A stretch of DNA of 64,000 nt from Leucoraja erinacea (lineage: Eukaryota), in the NCBI RefSeq assembly GCF_028641065.1, contig NC_073383.1, positions 47,492,001 through 47,556,000 on the forward strand, given 5' to 3'. The stretch's first letter is position 1. The number at the start of each line of letters is the position of its first letter. The notes under the pieces are model-generated. The model had not been told where the DNA came from. It did no database searches and worked only from the letters and a program-made list of their open reading frames with translations. A program made the position numbers and the translations under genes. Shown here in pieces: positions 51,751 to 63,330 of the stretch.

Positions 51751-52524
51751 CTGTCAAACATATGCAGTGGAGATGTCACACTTTAGCTTCATACCCTATT
51801 TTCTGTCACAATATTTATCCCTCTTGAAAGTATCAGATTTGAATAAAACAGCATTATTTTTCCCCCAGGATTGACTGATTCTTTCCTATATGATCAACTC
51901 AAAAATTAATTATCGATAAACTTGCAGTTTTGTTTGATAATCATATACATCACTCATCAACGAAGCGTGCTATTAAGTCAGTACAAGCTTAAAGTAAATC
52001 TGAAACATAAAATGTATATCATAATTCCGATGTTCCAGCTGACAACTCACATATTTTAACTGAATGTGTACAAGTAAGCTTTAAATATTTATAAAGAATA
52101 TAATAATAACTTGAAGAACTGAGAAACACATGTTTTATCTGAGAATACTTAATGAAAGTTCAAAAATCCAAACTAACAAGCCTGAGGAGATTTAATTTAC
52201 AGTCCAAGAATTAATTGACATTTATTGTGTTGTTTGACTCACAAAGCTGAACTACACCAACATTTTAATGTTTTTTTCTAATCTGAATATCCCATATCAA
52301 AAGGATTGATAATAACTACACATTTTTAAATTTGTGCAACATTCAGCTTAGTGTAACAAATGAAATATGCAATACTAAATGAATAAACTCACAGCTTCTG
52401 ACAAATGCAAAAATGGTGATCTGAGCTGCTGTGGCCAATAATTATGCAACAAGACCTGATAATCTTTTTAGGCAACAATATATAAAGAGCAAAAAATATT
52501 TCCGTCGCTAAAGACTGTCTAACC

Positions 52525-53737
52525 AATAAGTGAGTTCGGTATTCCGACTGCGCATGCCCAGGTCAAAGGTCACTATGCATAAACATTGCTGGAAAGCAGT
52601 GGTGCTGTGTACAAAGAGACCTTCATTTCTTCCTTTTTTTTTCCAGCTTTGATTCTTCTAGTTAAGAAAATACATTCGAACTATGAATTAGTTGTATTTA
52701 TTGTTCCTTTGTTAAAAGCTAAGATTATTTTTGTTGTTTTTATTGCTTTATGCTTTGGTGAGTGAGTGAGATTGTGCTCATCCGTGGTTCGGAGTCGGGC
52801 CCAGGTCTCCGGTGCTGCAGGCGCTTTTGAGTTGCTGCTGGGCCGTCCACATCCCCTCCCGTGTGTCCCGCCCCTGTCCTGGGGCGGGGAGGAAGACAAG
52901 CTGGCTGCGCCTCTCTCCTTGTCCAGTGGCTGTCGGTTGGCCCCCTCGGTGCTGGCGAGGGCTGAGCACCGTTCATCGGCGAGGATGGACATGGGGGGCT
53001 GCGCTGGCTCGGCAGTCAGGCGGAGTTGAGCTGGGGTTGGCACTTCTTCTCCGCACTAGTTGTGGGCCTGGGGCCGCGGTTGTCGTCGGTCCGGGGTTGT
53101 CGGTTGGCCCTGCGGGACAGGCGAAGTTGACCTGGGGTTGACGCTTCTTCTCTGAGCTGGCTGTGGGCCTGTGGCCACAAGCGATGTTGGACGTCTCTGG
53201 CCATCCCCCAGGCGGTCCAGTGGTGGTTCGGCAGCGCATGCGGCGCCGGGGACCCGTGTTTGATCCTGGCTGCGAATGAGGCGCGGGTCTGTGTGCACGC
53301 TCTCCCGTCTCCCACTCGCAACTGCCCCCTCTTTCTCGCTGTTACACTTCGCTCTCCCGCTACCTGTTCCTTTGGGGGGATGAGAATTTGACTATTTATG
53401 GGAGTCTCTCTCGAATCAAGAATTTCATTGTTCAGTCGTATTCATAGATGAGGCTGAAGAATCCCATTGCCTTGAAATGAGCAGAATAGTGAATTTCGAC
53501 TCAGAAACTATCATCGTTGTGTTCCTGTCTGGAATACATTAATCATCCTATAATGTGACCACACGGCACACCCGTTCCTCAGATTAAATATATTTTTACA
53601 CATAAATTATGAATAAAGACAAGAATATATACAAAGTTTCTTCAGTCAGTGCTTCGTTTGCTTTTTCTTTATGGTGAATGACCTTTCATAAATCCCATGA
53701 ATCCTTGCGTTTTTTCGGAATACCGAACTCGTTTATT
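52525..53737. mobile_element. Unclassified ~1.2-kb element bounded by inverted repeats, with a GC/CpG-rich core
   Basis: gagttcggtattccga (52532-52547) and tcggaataccgaactc (53715-53730) form a perfect 16-bp inverted repeat. Further imperfect symmetry inside (aaaggtca/tgaccttt). Confidence 0.55.
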
Positions 53738-54202
53738 ATTCTTGCCATAGAATTGCTGAATCCTCCACTGATATATCTTCAGGTTCGGCACTGACCAGAA
53801 ATTTTACTGGACCAGTCGTATAAATAATGGCCACTCTTCAGGTCAGAGTGGTGTCTTACAGTAATTTTTCTTCTGGCTCTCCCAATACCTCTCAGGCATC
53901 TACAAGACACATGTCTACAGTGAGGGTAGAAATCTTCCGATCGAACTCCCCACCTCAGTCACATATCCTGACCTGAAAATGATATGCCATTCTTTCTGTC
54001 ATTCTATCATTGGATCGAAATGCTGGAGATCCCCACATAAACATATGATCTACAGCAATTCAATGTGATTCACTGTTGTGGTCTCAAGGATGATTAGGAA
54101 TAGTTATGAAATGCTGGCTATTCTCCTAATGCATCATGCTATGAATGGTTACAAAAACAAAATCACTTGAATACTCAGGAGATAAAGCGAGTATAACAGG
54201 CA

Positions 54203-54479
54203 GACATAAAATGCTGGGGTGACTCAGCGTGACAGGCAGCATCTCTGGAAAGAAGGAATGGGCAACGTTCCCCAGAGATGCTGCCTTTCCTGCTGAGTTA
54301 CTCCAGCATTTTGTGTCTACCTTTAATTTAAACTAGCATCTGCAGTAGTTTCCTACACAAGTATAACAGGCAAGTATTTCCACCTGAAAAAGGGTTTTGA
54401 CCCGAAACGTCACCCATTCTTTCTCTCCAGAGATGCTGCCTGTCCTGCTGAGTTACTCCAGCTTTTTGTGTCTATCTCC
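54203..54479. mobile_element. Two adjacent Penelope-tail insertions: a fold-back copy (54203-54359, TSD agtataacaggca) and a direct copy with a mutated core (54384-54479)
   Basis: TSD at 54190-54202 and 54360-54372. Core ctgaaaaagggttttgacccgaaacgtcaccc. Confidence 0.75.
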
Positions 54480-55577
54480 TATTCCACCATGATTTTGAAA
54501 TCAATTCTACTTCACAAGAATGGATATTGGGGTCATAATTATTCATCTTATTACAAACAACTAAGGTAAGATCAAAATTAATATTGTCTAAGATTTCTAA
54601 TAACACAAAGAAAGGTAGCATTATAGGCATGTAGATTGGTGGATAAAATGTTTAAATAGATTTAATGGATTTTAATGATGCCATTTAAATGCTGTTTTAC
54701 TGGAAGATCCAAAGAGACACATGCTTCATCTATAAAGATTAAAATATGGTCAGATACAGAAAAAAAAGATTAATGAAATGCTGGATTTTACCCCTGTAGA
54801 ACTGAAAAATAATAGTTTAAGCATTTCTTCACTGCTTTGCAAAGTTCTGCTTGGAGTAAGATTCAAATGAACTCAATGACAGTTCTGGGCACCATACTTA
54901 GAGGAATATACTGGTAACAGAGATAGACCAATGCTGAATGACACCCTAATTCCAAGAAAAAGAGTAAACAAAGGGAATACACACACCGGGGCTGTATTTC
55001 CTAGAGTTTAGAAAGTTAAGGGATTTTCAATGTAGGTTTTCAAGACATTGAAGGAAATAGGGGGAAGAGAGAAACGATTTCCTTTGCTAAGTGAGGTTGG
55101 TCTAAAAATGAAACCCTGGCCTTTCAGGATTGGCATTCAAAGATAATTCTATATACAAAGGATGGCTGAATTTCTCAACCCCTTGAATACAGCATTTTAA
55201 GAATTTTAAGAAATTGACAGATTTCTGTGATAATTAATGTTGGATTAGACTCGAGTGCTAACTGGCATACTATTGTGCCTTTTTCCATAATGAGCACTAA
55301 CGTTATAGTAATAAAATTTCAAACCTTTCAAGAACATTTTTATTATATAATCTTAACCACAAATACTAACAGAAAACTAAATATGTGTTAAAAATAATTG
55401 AATTCCACAAATCCTGTGTGCTTCATTCCCATTATCTTTCTTTCATTTCTATTTGTTGTCTATGCTAAGCTTCTAATAATTAAAAAACCTCCTTCTTTGG
55501 TAACTCTTCATTTTAAGAAACTAATAAATCATATTTTTTTTGTCTGCATATGAACGAGTTAATCAACAATGCTTATG

Positions 55578-56060
55578 CCTAAATTGGATAAGATCTTCCC
55601 AACTGTCTCCCCTATCTGTGGTAAATGTCACCTCCAAGAAGCTACCTTAACCCAATCCTTTGCATCCTGTATAAAGATACAAAACTTCTGGATAGGAATA
55701 TTCGATATCTTCTCTAAAACACTTAAAATTAAACTGGAATCAGATACAAAACTAATAATTTTAGGAATGTCAGAGGCCTGTTCTAAGTTAACGATATTTC
55801 AAAGACATCTCAGTTTATTTTTTTCTTCTTTCTCTTTTTTCTTCTTGCGCTTCTTTGGTAGTTCAGGGGTCTTTTCTTCGCTCTCTTTTGCATCTTTCTT
55901 TTTTTTCATCATTCTTTCCTTTTTTCTCTTTTTTCGATTTATGTATCAATTTATAAAATGTTAAAAATTAAGCTGTACGAAAATTGTATAACTCTCATGC
56001 CGATTGCTTTATTCTTGTACAATTGCTTCTAATAAAATAACAAAATAAAAACAAAAAAAC
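55578..56060 (+). mobile_element. Short L1-type 3' fragment with TSD
   Basis: KIFPTVSPICGKC...SFASCIKI and an A-rich tail; aacaatgcttatgcc repeated on both flanks. Confidence 0.8.
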
Positions 56061-56342
56061 AATGCTTATGCCATTGATACAACAAAAAGCATATTATTTC
56101 TAGAGGGTTACTGAAAACATTCATATGGCTAAACACATGCAAAATACTGCATACATTAAAAAAAAAAAAAATTGTATAATCTATTACAAACTATTCAAGT
56201 TATTAAGTTTTTACCTATCACTGAAGTGACTTTCAGTATTTGCCCTTAGGATCAGGGTATGGTCACAGGAGTTCAGTGTGGACATTAGTAAATAGTAAAT
56301 GCATGCTGCAGTAAGGTCTTCAAAATGGGTGACACTAGGTAT

Positions 56343-56727
56343 TCCAGGACAAGGGGTCACAGCTTAAGGATATCCAGGACAAGGGGTCACAGCTTAAGGA
56401 TATCCAGGACAAGGGGTCACAGCTTAAGGATATCCAGGACAAGGGGTCACAGCTTAAGGATAAGGGGGAAATCCTTTAAAACCGAGATGAGAAAAACTTT
56501 TTTCACATAGAGAGTGGTGAATCTCTGGAACTCTCTGCCACAGAGGGTTCATTGGCTATATTTAAGAGGGAGTTAGATGTGGCCCTTGTGGCTAAGGGGA
56601 TCAGAGGGTATGGAGAGAAGGCAGGTACGGGATACTGAGTTAGATGATCAGCCATGATCATATTGAATGGCGGTGCAGGCTCGAAGGGCCGAATGGCCTA
56701 CTCCTGCACCTAATTTCTATGTTTCTA
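56343..56727 (+). mobile_element. CR1 3' end whose 5' junction carries four tandem 30-bp copies
   Basis: (tccaggacaaggggtcacagcttaaggata)x4 at 56343-56462; the remainder is near identical to 19850-20135. Confidence 0.9.
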
Positions 56728-57995
56728 TACTATCATTCCTTCACAGCTTTGTTAATTGTTAGATGTGCATCATGGAAAACAGAACCAGCAACTTGTGAAC
56801 GCTGTAACTTCAGGAGTCACATTAAATATATTTTATAAGGACATTCTTCAAAAGGAGTTTTACTTTTGACCTTTTGAAAAAAATGAAATACATGATAAGA
56901 CAGTACCTGTTTTTTTTTTATTCTTCTAATAGCAAAAGGAAGTTCAACTTCATGGCCAGTGATTCTCACTGCCAAAACAATATACATTTTCCTTTTATGA
57001 TCTATCTTGCAAACCAAGATTTGTATCTTATCTGAGTACTCATGGCAATCCCATTTCTGCTAATAATGCATTGAGTATTGTCCAGTCTTGTTTTTTGGAA
57101 TAGAGACACACGGATATTTAAACCTTGTCTTCCCTGAAGAGCTGACCATATCTAAGAGAACTCAGGTTCAGGAAATTAAACTATTATTTATAAGAAAAGA
57201 GATAAAACACAAGTCGTAGGGTCATAATGCATCCCCTTACGCCCCACAATCTGTTGTTAATATTGAACCATAAGGCAGGGCTCCACAAGAAAGTTCAACT
57301 TGCCTTTTCCTACAAATTTCCTTTTTATCATTTATCTTAGAAAACATAAAATGTAGTTTCAACAGAGATATGCTCTGAGTATCCCAACACATCTGACCTG
57401 TCACAATCAAAGAGTAAAGCAGTCCATCCATCCTCCTTTTGTCTTTAGTTTCTAGTGGCCCAAGCCAGAGGAAAGTACCACCCAGTGGGGAATATACCGA
57501 AAAATAGTTCCATCCTGGAATCAAGTAATACATCATGAAACTAAAATAAAATGCAATAGACATGTATTTCAATTTGAAAACAGCGCAGTTGCATTTATTT
57601 GATGGACCGAATGTGATTCACATTCAAATTTACTCTATTATTTCAGTCAGTTTCAACTTTTTCTATTCTACAGCAATTTAAAATCTAACCTTTGAAATGA
57701 ATAATTCAAGTGTGTGCTCCGCCTTTCATTCCTGATGCGTAGGTATCTGGAGCATTGTTAAGTTGACTCAGAAAACAGATTGATACATGAAAAGTTAAAA
57801 GGCATATGGAGGGACTCAAATAAAGGACTCATCTTTATTTATGACCAATTGTTTATTGAATTGGAGTTTAAACTGGTAGTTTACTTCGGAGTCACGTGAG
57901 TGACTACGAGAAGAACCCGCCAGGACGCATGAGTGTCATATCGTCTCACGCATTGCGAAACAACACTTCCTGTGTGTTGCTTTACAGGAAGAACC

Positions 57996-59462
57996 ATGGA
58001 CAAAACTAAGAAGTCCACAAGGGCTGCGTCTAGGCTGCCTGGGGAGGACCGCGGAGTTGCGGGCAGCCAGCAGCGGCCGACTGCACTGGAATCGGCAATC
58101 GAGCGATCAGCAGTTCCCGACTTGGCACCTGCGCCGGCCAGATCAACACCATGGCCGGGCGGGAAGGCCAAACAAAAAGCGGATAGGCCCATTGACTCGG
58201 ACGAGTCGGGCTGTGAGGAGACACCGCGGGTGGCTAGCGACTGTGATCGCTTAGGCCACATGGAGCGGCCTATGGAGCAGATGCTCCAGCGTGACAGACT
58301 CCGGGAGATGGAGTCTAGTCACCATGGGTCTTTTAATATGCCCATGGCAGCACCTTTCTCAGGGCTGCATAGTGCATCTCCCTCGACAGAGGGGAGTACT
58401 AGGAGCCATTTCTGGGCTGGCTCCGAAGAGGGGTTGGCTGAGGACTCAACAAGTGTGCTGGGGGTGCAAGAACAGGAAAACCTGCTGGATAAGGTGTCCA
58501 AATTTGCATTGCCAGCGCAAACAGGACAGCCATTGCAACCCAAACCAGCAGCAAGCATAGATTACCTCTCGTTTAACAAGCTGCAAGAGCAGGCTGTGCT
58601 GGACACAACTGCCAAATATGTGGCACCAGAAAATTGTGTCTCCCTCAATGATCCCGTGGTGAACAGTTCCATCTGGGGGTACATTGGTGCGGGCATCAGA
58701 AGCCAGGAGATCAAGCTACAAAAAATCCTCAAGCTAATGACTTCAGGAATTACAGCATTTGCCCTGTCAATGGATGGTAAGGAGATGTCAAGAATTACAG
58801 CAAGACGCTCTGGCACTCTTCTGCAATACGCAGTTTGAGATTAACAGTCTCAGGAAGAACGCCATCTGCCCAGCGTTAAACCCCAAGTTTGCAGGGCTGT
58901 GCAAACCTGGTAATACAAAGCCACCAATATTGCTATTTGGGGGCAACCTGTCTAAATGGCTGTCGGAAGGGAGAGTGGACGCTGGCGCGCTTTAGCTGCC
59001 GCTGCTCTCTCTCTTCACATTATGTTTTTGATTTTTTGTCTTTGGAGCGAATTCCGTCTTTAATTTGTGTATTGGTGATGTCCTTATTATTTATTTTACT
59101 CCGACTATATGGTTTGTCTCTCTTGTTAATTTTCTGTAAGGTATCCTTGAGACTTTGAAAGGCGCCCGCAAATAAAATTTATTATTATTATTATTATTAA
59201 ACAGGTCAAAGACCTCGACGAGGAGGCTAAAGCCGTCGTGCTCATGAAGGCTGCATCGGGCAAGGCCTCCCACCTGCGGCGACAGCACCCCTACGCATCC
59301 ACCAGCAGATCAAGATACACAGACGCTGGTGAAAGCTCAAAGGCCGGGCAACCAGGACAGAGGTCTTTTTTAGGCCATGGGTCAGACCGGCCTTCGTGGA
59401 AGATGCGCCAACCCCACACTCCGGCGCCTCTACCTCTACGGCGACAGAAGAAGAAGAAATAA
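57996..59462 (+). pseudogene. DIRS gag-like ORF1 (frameshifted, interrupted at 58956-59198)
   Basis: accATGg start. ORF 57933-58838 continues in another frame (EINSLRKNAICPALNPKFAGLC...LLFGGNLSK|QVKDLDEE). Confidence 0.7.
58956..59198 (+). mobile_element. Short L2-tailed SINE-like insert in DIRS gag
   Basis: atggctgtcggaagggagagtggacgctggcg..., then the L2 stem-loop and (tta)n. Matches the 3' part of 61594-62576. Confidence 0.8.
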
Positions 59463-59479
59463 ACACTCCACTGGTAACT

Positions 59480-61405
59480 ATGGAGGTAGGTGAGTCTGGT
59501 TCCTTCCAAAAAACAGGAAGTTAATAATACACAAATTGGTGGTAGGTTACACTTCTTTTGGGATGCATGGAGTGCTATAACTACTAACACTTAGATCCTG
59601 CACAGTATTCAGGGCTATGCAATCGAATTTGTGCACAAAAAACATCCTCCTGTTCAGCATGCACCGAACCGAACGTTCGTGCTTTCACGACAGGAAAAAC
59701 TGGGAGCACATGCTGAGCTGAAGAGGCTATGTGCTAAGGGGGGTAATTGAGAGATCCCAACACGACTCTCTGGAATTCATTCAAATATCTTTCCAAAAAA
59801 TAAAAAAGATGGTGGTTGTCGCATCATTATAGATTTGACCAAACTGAATACATTTTTGCAGTATATTCATTTCAAAATGGAAACCTTTGTTACTGCCAAA
59901 CAATTGATTTCCAAAGGCTACTTCATGGCTTGCATTGATTTAAAAGATGCATACTATTCGGTGCCTATACGGAAGGATCAAAAGCGATATTTAAAGTTCA
60001 ACTGGATGGGGCAGCACTGGCAGTATAGAGCACTGCCTAATGGTCTAACATCTGCCCCAAGACTATTTACCAAAATTTTGAAACCAGCCCTAGCGTTTCT
60101 TACAGAAGCACATGGTCATGGCTTACCTAGATGACATATTAATTGTGGGGAAAACTGGATTTAGCAAAATCAGCTGTATCAGCCACCAAACAATTGTTTG
60201 AAAAAATGAGGTTCATCATCCATCCAGTTAAATCTAAGCTGACGCCTTCCACTACTATGGATTACTTAGGGTTCACCATTGATTCAGTTCACATGTCGGT
60301 GACTTTACCTAAGGGCAAGGCAGCAGACTTAACTGAGGCCTGTAACAACCTCATTGTCATCAGTGAACCATCAATTTGACAGGTAGCAAGGGTGATTGGC
60401 AAAATTGTGGCTCCCTTTCCAGCCACACAGTTTGGACCTTTGCATTACCAAAATTTACAAAGGGCAAAGGTGCAAGCACTCAAATTCTATACTGGTCATT
60501 TCGATAGGCCAATGAAGCTACCAACCAAAGCAATTACGGAATTACAATGGTGGAGGCAAAATATTCAACATTGTTCCAGCCCTATCATTGTCAGCAACCC
60601 TTCAGTGGTGCTACAAACTGATGCCAGTGCTCACGGTTGGGGTGCTACTAATTCCATCTCCAGTTATGGAGGTAGATGGGAGGCACATGAGGCATCTTTA
60701 CTTCAGACACTTGGCATAAACTACTTAGAAATGTTAGGTGTGTTCTATGGGCTAAAGGCATACTGTTCAGAAATGCATCACCTGCATGTCCGCCTACAAA
60801 TTGACAACACCACCGGGGTGGCATATATTAACCATATGGGTGGAATCAAATCGATATCATGTGATGATCTGGCTAATACAATCTGGCAATGGTATATTCA
60901 TAAAAATATTTGGATATCAGCTAGTTACCTACCAGGTAAACTCAATACAGTGGCAGACACCAGGTCACGAAGATTCAATGACAACATCGAATGGATGTTG
61001 GACCGCAAAGTGTTTGCTGATATTGTAGCACGATATAAAACACCAGATATCGATCTATTTGCATCTCGGCTTAATCGCCAGTTGCCAAATTATGTTTCTT
61101 GGGAACCAGACCCTGCGGCAGCAGCGATGGATGCATTCTCGCTGCACTGGGGGAAATTGTTTTTCTATGCATTTCCTCCTTTCTGCCTCATCAGTCGGGT
61201 CTTACGCAAAATACAACAAGACTCGGCGTCTGGTATTTTGGTAGTGCCCGATTGGCCTACTCAACCATGGTTCCCGGTGATACTCAACATGGTCTGGGAA
61301 CCATCTATCTCCATTCCGAAACGGCCAGATTTGTTGGTTCATCCTGTAACGGGCGAAAGCCACCCATGCCATGACAGGACAAATCTGTTGATTTGTAGAA
61401 TCTAA
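59480..61405 (+). pseudogene. DIRS RT - RNase H - N6-adenine methyltransferase-like ORF
   Basis: IDLKDAY, LPNGLTSAPRLFTK, YLDD (60124-60135), LQTDAS.GWG, INYLE, QIDNTT, PGKLNTVAD, DLFASRLN, YAFPPF, LVVPDWP. Confidence 0.9.
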
Positions 61406-61422
61406 AAAGACCACTTCTGGAC

Positions 61423-63330
61423 ATGGGGCTGATGGACCGAACTATGAATATGATCACAGCGGCTCACAGGCAGTCCACTAAACAACAATATCTGGCATAC
61501 ATCAGGAAGTGGGAGAAATATTGTTCTAGGGCCAACATCACATACTGTACGGCGAACGTAACGTATGTTCTGGAATTCCTGGCTAGCCTTCATCCTGGAG
61601 GAGGAGCCATCCTGGGGAACGGCTGCTAACCAGCAGCTGTCCATTCAATTCACTTTTTTAATTAGTTTTTAGTGAATTTTGTCCTATGTTTGTTGGGGAA
61701 TTTGACTTTTTTATGTCAGGGGGAAGGGGGAAACTATTTTCTAGGTCCCTACTTGGTCGGTGAGGCAGCTTTTTCCCCGGGCTGCACCGTCGACCCGTCC
61801 TTGCGGCCTACCAGCGGGAGTGGAGCGGCGTTTTTCCTGTCGGGGACCGCCCAGCACCTTCAGCTTCGGTGGCGGCACAGCGCTGGAGCGCCATCGCGGA
61901 GCGGAGGTGGGCGATGCCTTGCCTGGGTCGCCGCGCTGGGTCGCCGCGCTGGAGCTCCGGTATGCTGAGACCGCCGTGATCAACACCGTCGAGCTGCGGG
62001 ACTGTGGAGCGGCCAGCTGCGGGTGGCGGCGCCGACTTTAACATCGGGAGCCTCGGAGCACCAACCGACGCGGCCCTGTCAGCTTCGGAATGCCACGGAT
62101 CAGCCGTTACAGCCGTCCCAGCCGCTGTGAGGACTCTCCCGACGCCGGAGCAACACCACCCGACGAGAACGGCCAGGAACATCGGGCCTCCGTAGAGGCA
62201 ACTGTGGAGGCCTCAATAGGCCTGACTATGGGAGAACTGGGAATGGGGACTGGACATTGTGCCTTCCCCCACAGTGGTAACCATTGTGGGGGGATGTTTT
62301 TTTTTTGTGTGTAAATGATTATTTTACTCTGAGTCAAAGATGGCTGCCGGAAGGGAGAGTGTACGCTGGCGGGCTTTAGCTGCCGCTGCTCTCTCTTCAT
62401 ATTGTGTTTTTGATTTTTGTCTTTGGATTGAATTCTGTCTTTAATTTGTGTACTGGTGATGTCTTTACTATTTATTTCATTCCGCTTACATGTTTTTACT
62501 CTATTTGCTAAATTTTGTAAGGTGTCCTTGAGACTCTTGAAAGGCGCCCATAAATAAAATGTATTATTATTATTACTATGATGAAGGGCTCAGTTATAGT
62601 GCCATAAACTGCGCCAGGAGTGCCCTTTCAGCATATTTGTGGCAAGGACCAGAGGGTCACTCTGTTGGGTCTCACCCCCTGGTAACCAAACTTATGAGGG
62701 GAATATTTAATACCAATCCCCCTAGGACCAGGTATTCCCATATCTGGGATGTGAGTGTAGTCCTAACGCTGCTGAGGAGTTGGTCACCAGCAACAGCTCT
62801 GTCCCTGCAAAGACTAACTCAAAAAAGTCATGCTGATGGCATTGGTTTCAGCACAACGAGTCCAGTCATTACATAAATTAAGACTGGACACGATGTCCAT
62901 TTCAACTAGCAAAATAACCTTTTTCATCCACGAATTGGTAAAACGGAACAGACCGGGATCATCTAGCCTCAAACTGGAATTCAGAGCATACCCGATAGAT
63001 GATCGTCCATGCGTTATGACGCATTTATTACTATACATGAAGGTCACTAAACAGCTCAGAGGAGATGGCATACTGCTCAGCCATAAACAGCCCCATAAAA
63101 GGGTATCTTTACAAACTATTTCCAGATGGCTTAGACAGGTTTTGGCGGTTGCCGGGGTGGATACTAACATATTTAAATCTCACCTGGGCTGCAGCTACAT
63201 CTTCAGCTAGGGGATTGAAGGTAGCCATGGACCACATCCTGGGGGCAGCAGGATGGTCCAAAGAGAAACCTTTCAATAATATTATAACAAACCAGTGGTC
63301 AAACCTGCGACGTTTGCAGAATCTATTTTA
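61423..63330 (+). pseudogene. DIRS tyrosine recombinase ORF (interrupted at ~61594-62576, frameshifted)
   Basis: STKQQY...W.KYC...VLEFLASLH|YDEGLSYSAINCARSALS...SAQRVQSL...ISRWL...FKSH...AAATS...ILGAAGWS. Confidence 0.85.
61594..62576 (+). mobile_element. ~1-kb GC-rich non-autonomous retroposon with an L2 3' tail, inserted in the DIRS YR
   Basis: Removing it rejoins the YR peptide. Its last ~150 bp match the L2 3' UTR at 48090-48246. Confidence 0.8.

Noticed and set aside
52681-53321. Cluster of overlapping ORFs in a GC-rich patch (similar clusters at 10389-10977 and 61672-62400)
   Set aside because: Open frames on both strands are expected from high GC content, and there are no recognisable protein motifs.
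56343-56462. 30-bp direct repeats suggestive of a CRISPR array
   Set aside because: No spacers, the unit is CR1 coding sequence, and the context is eukaryotic.
57933-58838. 301-aa ORF as a nested host gene
   Set aside because: It sits at the gag position inside the DIRS termini and continues through a frameshift.
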